Positions 57,783-64,000 of a stretch of 64,000 nucleotides of DNA are shown here, piece after piece (the stretch's first letter is position 1; each line of letters starts with the position of its first letter). The stretch comes from an uncultured Acetobacterium sp. (GTDB lineage: Bacteria > Bacillota > Clostridia > Eubacteriales > Eubacteriaceae), in contig OZ223191.1 of NCBI GenBank assembly GCA_965140355.1, positions 263,185 to 327,184 of the forward strand, in the 5' to 3' direction. The notes beneath the pieces are model-generated. The model was not told the origin of the DNA. It ran no database searches and saw only the letters and a program-made list of their open reading frames with translations. The translations under genes and the position numbers were made by a program.

Positions 57783-58031
57783 ACTTGATTACGATTGATT
57801 GGTAATTTGAGAGCGAAAGTTAGGATATTATTATGGACTATAATAATGATTTTAAGACTAAGTATTATCAATAAAATATTATATTGTTTCCTCCTAAAGT
57901 ATCATTTTAAACGGAAAATATTGAATCCGGATGCTTTAGGAGGATTTTAACACTGTAGAAGTAATAAATTATAATGATAATTCAGATAAAGAAAAATGAG
58001 ATGAATTTATAGAATAAGGATATGGAATAAA

Positions 58032-59198
58032 ATGAAAATTACAATTGCTGGAACAGGATATGTCGGTTTGTCAAATGCGATTTTGTTAGCACAACATAAT
58101 GAGGTTATTGCACTTGATATTATCAAAGAAAAAGTTGATATGATTAACAACAAAAGATCGCCGATCATTGACCGTGAAATAGAAGAGTATTTAATGAATA
58201 AAAAGCTAGACTTAATAGCGACCACTGATAATTATATTGCTTTTAAAGATGCTGATTATGTGGTTATTTCTACACCGACAAATTATGATCCAGAGAAAAA
58301 TTATTTTAATACTCGGACAGTTGAAGCTGTAATTGCCAATGTTCTTTCAATAAATCCAGATGCAATTATGATAATTAAATCAACGGTACCCGTTGGTTAT
58401 ACGGAAATTATTAAAGAAAAATTCGAGACGGAAAATGTTATTTTTTCACCAGAATTTTTAAGAGAAGGCAAAGCACTATATGATAATCTTTATCCATCAA
58501 GAATAGTTATTGGTGAGCAATCAGTTAGAGCTAAGGTGTTTGCAAAATTGCTGGTGCAAGGAGCAATTAAAGAAAATATTGATGTACTTTATACTAAATC
58601 AACTGAAGCGGAAGCGATAAAGCTTTTTGCCAATACATATCTTGCTTTGCGGGTGGCATATTTTAATGAGCTTGATTCATATGCTGAAGTAAGAGGACTA
58701 GATACTCGAAGTATTATTGAAGGGGTCGGACTTGATCCAAGAATTGGGAAACATTATAATAATCCTTCTTTTGGTTATGGCGGATATTGTCTGCCAAAAG
58801 ATACAAAACAACTCCTTGCTAATTATTCAGATGTTCCTCAAAATATCATGTCGGCTATTGTTGACGCAAATAGAACGAGAAAAGATCATATTGCTGAAAT
58901 GATTATCAAGAAAAATCCTAAAATAGTTGGGATATATCGACTTACAATGAAAATGGATTCGGACAATTTTAGAGAATCAGCTGTTCAAGGAGTTATGAAA
59001 CGAATTAAAGCAAAAGGAATAGAAGTAGTCGTTTTTGAACCAACTCTAAATATCGATAAATTCTTCAACTCTAAAGTGATTATCGATCTTGAAGAATTTA
59101 AAGAAGTTTCCGATATTATCGTTGCAAATAGACTTACAGATGAAATTAAAGATGTTATAGATAAGGTGTATACCAGAGATATATTTAGCAGAGATTAA
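58032..59198 (+). CDS. ugd: UDP-glucose 6-dehydrogenase
   Basis: [37 protein letters not shown]. Confidence 0.95.
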   Translation: MKITIAGTGYVGLSNAILLAQHNEVIALDIIKEKVDMINNKRSPIIDREIEEYLMNKKLDLIATTDNYIAFKDADYVVISTPTNYDPEKNYFNTRTVEAVIANVLSINPDAIMIIKSTVPVGYTEIIKEKFETENVIFSPEFLREGKALYDNLYPSRIVIGEQSVRAKVFAKLLVQGAIKENIDVLYTKSTEAEAIKLFANTYLALRVAYFNELDSYAEVRGLDTRSIIEGVGLDPRIGKHYNNPSFGYGGYCLPKDTKQLLANYSDVPQNIMSAIVDANRTRKDHIAEMIIKKNPKIVGIYRLTMKMDSDNFRESAVQGVMKRIKAKGIEVVVFEPTLNIDKFFNSKVIIDLEEFKEVSDIIVANRLTDEIKDVIDKVYTRDIFSRD

Positions 59199-59276
59199 CA
59201 TCATGTTATATTGAAAATTAAATCACACTAAAATAATGGTTTGAATATATTTGTTTACAAAAATGTTACAAATTCT

Positions 59277-59305
59277 TTGACAACCTTAAAAAGTTCTGCT
59301 ATAAT
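59277..59305 (+). promoter_or_regulatory. Consensus sigma-A promoter with extended -10 for the coiled-coil gene
   Basis: TTGACA, 17 bp spacer, TG-C-TATAAT. Confidence 0.78.
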
Positions 59306-59445
59306 CGGATCAGAGAATTACTTTTCGGATAAAAAACGTTTTTAAATAGATACAATTTAGATGAATTATTGATAAAAAGGTTTCGAATTTTGGGATGTTT
59401 AAAGTTTTAATAATTAAATCTAGTTGTAGGAAGGAGTAAAATACG

Positions 59446-62295
59446 ATGTCGGAACAAAAAAATAAGGCTGAAAATGCCAAAACAGATAATGATGATTATC
59501 CCCGCTACAAAGTTAATGATCAATTTATTGAACAGATGACAGCAGGCGATGATGAATTGCAAACAACCGGTTTTAAGATATCAAAACCGGTAAAAAAATC
59601 GTTGCGGTGGTTGACTGAACGCATGCTTTTAAAACAGTTTGCTCCAGCGGCAGTTGTTGTTGATGCATTAGGACAAATTCAATTTATCCATGGACAAACG
59701 GGCGTTTTTTTAGAACCAGTGCCAGGATATAATGGGACAAGCAATATTCTGAAAATGTCTCGTATTGGCATACGACGAAAACTTACAGTGGCTTTGAATG
59801 AAGCCGTGACACTACAAAAGATTGTATATTCACCAGACCTTAAAGTTAAAACGATCGGTGGGTATGTATTGGTGAATCTCACAGTGGGACCCTTAGAGAA
59901 TCATGAGGAGGAACCAGCGTTATTTATCGTTATTTTTGAAAATGCCTCGAATAAAATTAAGCTACAACAAAACGCAATCGAAAGTCAAAGATATCCAATT
60001 TTCTTGGATGAAAAAACTAATCTTCAAGTACAAATGGATGCTGAACAAGAAATATTAAAAATTGAGAATACCCTTAACTCTAAATATGTAGAATTAGCGA
60101 CTATCAAAAGTGAACTACAGACAAATAATGAAATTTATGAGATGTTGCAGATAGAGTTGCAGAAAACAAACGGAAAGTTGGATGTGACTAAAAGCGATTT
60201 AGCGATGAATGACCAATTAGTCGAAATCGCACAGGAAAATTTACAGACAATTAATGAAAAACTAATAACAAATCGTACCGAATTGCAGAATAATAGCGAA
60301 CTTTTGCAAAAATACAAAGACGAATTAGTGAGCGTTAATGAAAAACTGGCTCATAATAATACAGAATTGCAAAATACAAATGAATTATTAGAAACAGCTA
60401 AAGAAGGATTACAGACAATCAATGAAAAACTGAGTGAAGACAAAACAGAATTGCAAAATAATATAATGTTATTGGAAACCTCAAAAGAAGAACTGCAACG
60501 AGTTGGTAAAAAGTTAATTCAAGATCGGGCTGAATTGCGTAGCAATGATGAACGGCTGGCAAAATCGAACGAAGAATTGCAGAAAATCACTGAGAAAATA
60601 AGTCGAGCGCATGTCGAAATGCAAAACATGGATCAGAAACTGACTCGTGTTCAAGTTGAGTTACAGAATAATGACGATCAATTGTATACAGCAACAGCTG
60701 AGTTGGAAAAAGTCAATGAAGAATTACAACAAAAGCAAACAGAGTTGCAGAACAACGATCTTCGATTGGAAAAATCGAACGAAGAGTTGCAGGCTATTAG
60801 TGAAAAATTGATTCAAGATCAAACGGAATTGCAGAACAATGATGAACGATTGAGAAAATCAAAGGCAGAGCTGCATGAAATTGACAGAAAACTGAATCAA
60901 GGTCGAATAGAATTACAGAATAATGATGAATTATTAATAATCTCGAAAGAAGAGTTACAGAGTGTTAACGAAAAACTAGTTACGAGTAAAAATGAATTGC
61001 GGATTAATAATAATCTTTTAGAGTTGTCGAAAGATGAACTTCTAACTGTTAATATTGAATTGGATAATCAAAAAAAGGAGTTAGAAAAAGGGAATGAATT
61101 ACCAGAACTTCTGAAACAGAAGTTGGAAACCATAAAAAACGAACTTGATACGATGAAAACTGAACTACAGGTAACAAGTGAAGAATTATATAATGCTAAT
61201 GAGAAACTGTCAAAAACAAATGAAGAAATAGAAAACTCAAGAAAAATTTTAAGTTCACAAAAGACTGAAATCTCAATGAATGAAAATAAGTATTCTAAAA
61301 ACAAAGAAAATACAGTTCATGAAAAAGTTCATTCTTTGTATGATGATGAGAAACCCGTGATTGAGAATATTCACGCATTATTTAATAATGAAAAACCACT
61401 TGATTCACCGGGTCAGTCTGCAGTAATTAGTGAAAAATCTGATAGTGAGGAGATTCAATTTTTAGGTAAATCAATTGAATTGCCTGGAGCTAACACAGTG
61501 CAGTTTCATTTTAGAGACAAGTCAGAAATCGATTCGCCGACTAATGAAGAATTTGCGGATCGTAGCAGCCTTATAAAACCTGAATCAGTACAGGTTAGTA
61601 GTGAAAAAAATCTCTTTAAGTTTGTTTCGACAGAAGAAGAGGACAATTTTAAAGAATCAAATATTTCAGATATGAATCGATTTACACCTGATTATTTAGA
61701 TGAAAAATCAAGTAATAGTTCACTTGTTACGTTAGAGGCTGTTGATTCAGAACCATCAGAGTTTGACGAGAAAAAAGAGTTTCAAGCGATGAATTTAAAG
61801 GAATGGTTTTTACTACTTGCTAAAGTTGAAGAGGATGGAGCAGAGCTATATAAAAGATTTTCTGAAGTGTGTTCAGAAAAGTTAAAACCGGTTATTCGCA
61901 GTTTTGCTCAGGAAGAATTTAAACATAAACGATTGATGATTGATTTAGCAAGTGATGATCAATACAAAAACATCCAATTGGACAAAATGGTGTCAGAGAT
62001 ATCGTTGCAACAAGCAGACTATATCGCAAATAATTGCGACAGTGTCAATTCACCTTTGGATAAAGAATTTTTGCAATTTGCACTTGAATTAGAAAAGAAT
62101 TACATCGAGATTTATAAAAGACAATTAACGATATTTCCAGCTGATTCCAGTGAATACAAAAAATTCAAAAATATTATTGAGGAAGCAAGAAAACATATGA
62201 TTTTTATTCTAAATAAGCTTAATGATATGAAACAAGCTGAGTTTTCAGAACAAATAATGACGATGCGAAAAGTCGGGGTTCAATATAAAGACTGA
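59446..62295 (+). CDS. PAS-like domain + 28-aa-repeat coiled coil + C-terminal ferritin/rubrerythrin-like domain protein
   Basis: N-terminal FAPAAVVVD..GQIQFIHG.TG.FLEP resembles the PAS region of CheB-CheR fusions; ELQNN repeats; C-terminal EEDGAELY...QEEFKH...ELEKNY...EEARKH. Confidence 0.7.
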   Translation: MSEQKNKAENAKTDNDDYPRYKVNDQFIEQMTAGDDELQTTGFKISKPVKKSLRWLTERMLLKQFAPAAVVVDALGQIQFIHGQTGVFLEPVPGYNGTSNILKMSRIGIRRKLTVALNEAVTLQKIVYSPDLKVKTIGGYVLVNLTVGPLENHEEEPALFIVIFENASNKIKLQQNAIESQRYPIFLDEKTNLQVQMDAEQEILKIENTLNSKYVELATIKSELQTNNEIYEMLQIELQKTNGKLDVTKSDLAMNDQLVEIAQENLQTINEKLITNRTELQNNSELLQKYKDELVSVNEKLAHNNTELQNTNELLETAKEGLQTINEKLSEDKTELQNNIMLLETSKEELQRVGKKLIQDRAELRSNDERLAKSNEELQKITEKISRAHVEMQNMDQKLTRVQVELQNNDDQLYTATAELEKVNEELQQKQTELQNNDLRLEKSNEELQAISEKLIQDQTELQNNDERLRKSKAELHEIDRKLNQGRIELQNNDELLIISKEELQSVNEKLVTSKNELRINNNLLELSKDELLTVNIELDNQKKELEKGNELPELLKQKLETIKNELDTMKTELQVTSEELYNANEKLSKTNEEIENSRKILSSQKTEISMNENKYSKNKENTVHEKVHSLYDDEKPVIENIHALFNNEKPLDSPGQSAVISEKSDSEEIQFLGKSIELPGANTVQFHFRDKSEIDSPTNEEFADRSSLIKPESVQVSSEKNLFKFVSTEEEDNFKESNISDMNRFTPDYLDEKSSNSSLVTLEAVDSEPSEFDEKKEFQAMNLKEWFLLLAKVEEDGAELYKRFSEVCSEKLKPVIRSFAQEEFKHKRLMIDLASDDQYKNIQLDKMVSEISLQQADYIANNCDSVNSPLDKEFLQFALELEKNYIEIYKRQLTIFPADSSEYKKFKNIIEEARKHMIFILNKLNDMKQAEFSEQIMTMRKVGVQYKD
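60112..61245 (+). repeat. Intragenic 84-bp (28-aa) tandem repeat, 13 units plus one 42-bp half unit
   Basis: E-L-Q-type codons start at 60112, 60196, 60280, 60364, 60448, 60532, 60616 (half unit), 60658, 60742, 60826, 60910, 60994, 61078, 61162. Confidence 0.85.
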
Positions 62296-62378
62296 TGAAG
62301 TTGGGTTATGAAAGACCAAACAGCGTGTTCTAATGGTTTATGCTTGATTATTGATAAAAATAGCTGGTATGATCTTTG

Positions 62379-63140
62379 ATGGAAAGAGGTTTGGAATTGA
62401 TAGATACACATATACATTTGCTTCCCGGAGTTGATGATGGCGCAAAAGATATGGATATTGCGATTCAGATGCTGCGAATTGCAATGAATGACGGGGTTAA
62501 TGAGATGGTTTTGACCCCTCATTTTAATATTCCTATTTACAGTAATCAAAAGGTGATCGAGCAGTATCTCCGACTTAAGGAGTATATTTCAGTCGCACAA
62601 ATAGATTTCAAAATACATCTGGGGAATGAGATATACTTAAGTGAAGAAGATGTCGAAGGGGTTAAAAAGGGGCTGGCTTTTACTATGGGGAATACACGCT
62701 ATGTATTATTGGAATTGCCAATCCATCAGTTTTATCCATTTCACGAGATCATGATTCAAGATTTACAAAAAAGAGGATATAAAATTTTGCTAGCTCATGT
62801 TGAACGTTATGATATTTTCAAAAAGGAACCTGAAAAACTTAAGGAATTAATCCGTTATGGGAGTTATGGACAAATAACTTCTCAGTATATTATGAATAAA
62901 AAAACAAGAAAAAGGGCGCTTCAAATGATAAAAAACGGTTTGATTCATATTGTTGCGTCAGATGGACATGGGATAGAATGGCGACCGCCGGTGATGAAAA
63001 TGGCTTATGACATTGTTTCAGAAACGGTTGGGAAAGAGTGGGCACAGATATTATTTATTGATAATCCTAAATCAATGATTGAAAATGCTGAATTAGCAGC
63101 GATTAATATAAAAAAAGTGAAAAGATTTCATTTCTTTTAA
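62379..63140 (+). CDS. cpsB: CpsB/YwqE-type PHP protein-tyrosine phosphatase
   Basis: DTHIHLLPGVDDGA, TPHF, GNEI, AHVERY, ASDGH. Confidence 0.9.
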   Translation: MERGLELIDTHIHLLPGVDDGAKDMDIAIQMLRIAMNDGVNEMVLTPHFNIPIYSNQKVIEQYLRLKEYISVAQIDFKIHLGNEIYLSEEDVEGVKKGLAFTMGNTRYVLLELPIHQFYPFHEIMIQDLQKRGYKILLAHVERYDIFKKEPEKLKELIRYGSYGQITSQYIMNKKTRKRALQMIKNGLIHIVASDGHGIEWRPPVMKMAYDIVSETVGKEWAQILFIDNPKSMIENAELAAINIKKVKRFHFF

Positions 63141-63439
63141 TATGAGAAAAGAAGTGAACAATCGTTTTAGATCAAAAAAAGTAAAATAACGGTTCAGATT
63201 GATGAATTGATAAAAAACCTATGATAATCCGCCCATGGGTTTTTTTTATAGAAAGTTTAAATAATATATCTAAATTTTATGTAAAATAATAGTTTTTATT
63301 AAACAGTTACGAAAATTTAATTAGAGGGAGTAGTTATCTTACTGCTCAGAATATGTTATAATGAGTAACCTATACATAGGAAAATTAACATATTCAAACA
63401 AACCCATATTGCAGTCTTGAGAAGTGAGGAATAAATACC

Positions 63440-64000
63440 GTGAAAAAGAAAACAAGCAGGCAGCTATTTCTAGTTGTTTCTGATATCTTATTACTAAATA
63501 TTGCTTTTCTATTGGCATTGTTGTTACATTATGAGGGGCATGTTCCAACAGTAATTAGAACTATTTATTTGAATAGTTTTATTATTTTGACGATTGGAAA
63601 AATTTTAATCTATCGGTATTTTGAGTTATATAGTAGTTTATGGTCATATGCTTCAGTGGATGAATTCATAAAAATTCTAATAGCGGGTTTTGTGACAAAT
63701 GTTTTTAGTACTGCATATCTCATATTAATGGGAGCGCAACTATTCTTTGGCGTTTATATAACAGCAATGATTCTAGAAGTTGGATTTATTGGCGGAGTGC
63801 GTTTTAGCTATCGACTGATTAGAAATCTAAGAAATAAAAATCTATTTAACAAACAGGAACATGAGAAAAAAATATTGATCATAGGAAGTGGATCAACAGC
63901 AACTCTGATTGCTACTGAAATTAGAAATCACGCATCAAGCTATGGTCAAGTCATTGGTTTTATTGACGATGATGAGAATAAATTGAATAAACGAATTTCG
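63440..64000 (+). CDS. CapD/PglF-like nucleotide-sugar 4,6-dehydratase, N-terminal part (runs off the window)
   Basis: GTG start after GAGGA; 4 TM segments, YSSLWSYAS..E, GGVRFSYR, KILIIGSG...GFIDDD. Confidence 0.85.
   Translation, partial: MKKKTSRQLFLVVSDILLLNIAFLLALLLHYEGHVPTVIRTIYLNSFIILTIGKILIYRYFELYSSLWSYASVDEFIKILIAGFVTNVFSTAYLILMGAQLFFGVYITAMILEVGFIGGVRFSYRLIRNLRNKNLFNKQEHEKKILIIGSGSTATLIATEIRNHASSYGQVIGFIDDDENKLNKRIS

Noticed and set aside
63339-63548. 69-aa minus-strand ORF
   Set aside because: It overlaps the start of the capD-like gene, which was missing from the ORF track only because it is truncated by the window edge.

Overview
Chromosomal window from a low-GC anaerobic Firmicute. 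An Acetobacterium/Eubacteriaceae-like acetogen is inferred from gene content. Bases 1-39.7 kb are mostly core genes: the end of ilvB plus ilvH, an StnABC-type electron-bifurcating transhydrogenase, an OpuC-like ABC importer, polA-coaE and tRNA-Leu(GAG). A small accessory patch follows (DUF1002, Rieske oxygenase, Rieske ferredoxin, CheW-fusion sensor, carboxylesterase), then the conserved tmcAL/ackA-yceD-rpmF-plsX-acpP-rnc-smc-ftsY-ylxM-ffh-rpsP-khpA-rimM-trmD-rplS-lepB-rbgA-rnhB-yraN block. From about 39.9 kb to the window end lies a Wzx/Wzy-type surface or exopolysaccharide locus holding the most unusual material. (1) Three tandem leucyl/phenylalanyl-tRNA-protein transferase (Aat)-like paralogs, all with the catalytic DCQ changed to DxG, sit between wzx and vioA-wbqC. 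This suggests aminoacyl-tRNA-dependent decoration of an amino sugar, which is inference and the best candidate for an undescribed system. (2) Three tandem c-di-GMP-I riboswitches precede a secreted beta-helix protein. (3) An IS110 element has readable ends, a circle-junction promoter and bridge-RNA donor guides. (4) A 949-aa protein joins a PAS-like domain, a 28-residue-repeat coiled coil and a ferritin-like domain. No database searches or folding programs were run; family calls come from recognised motifs.
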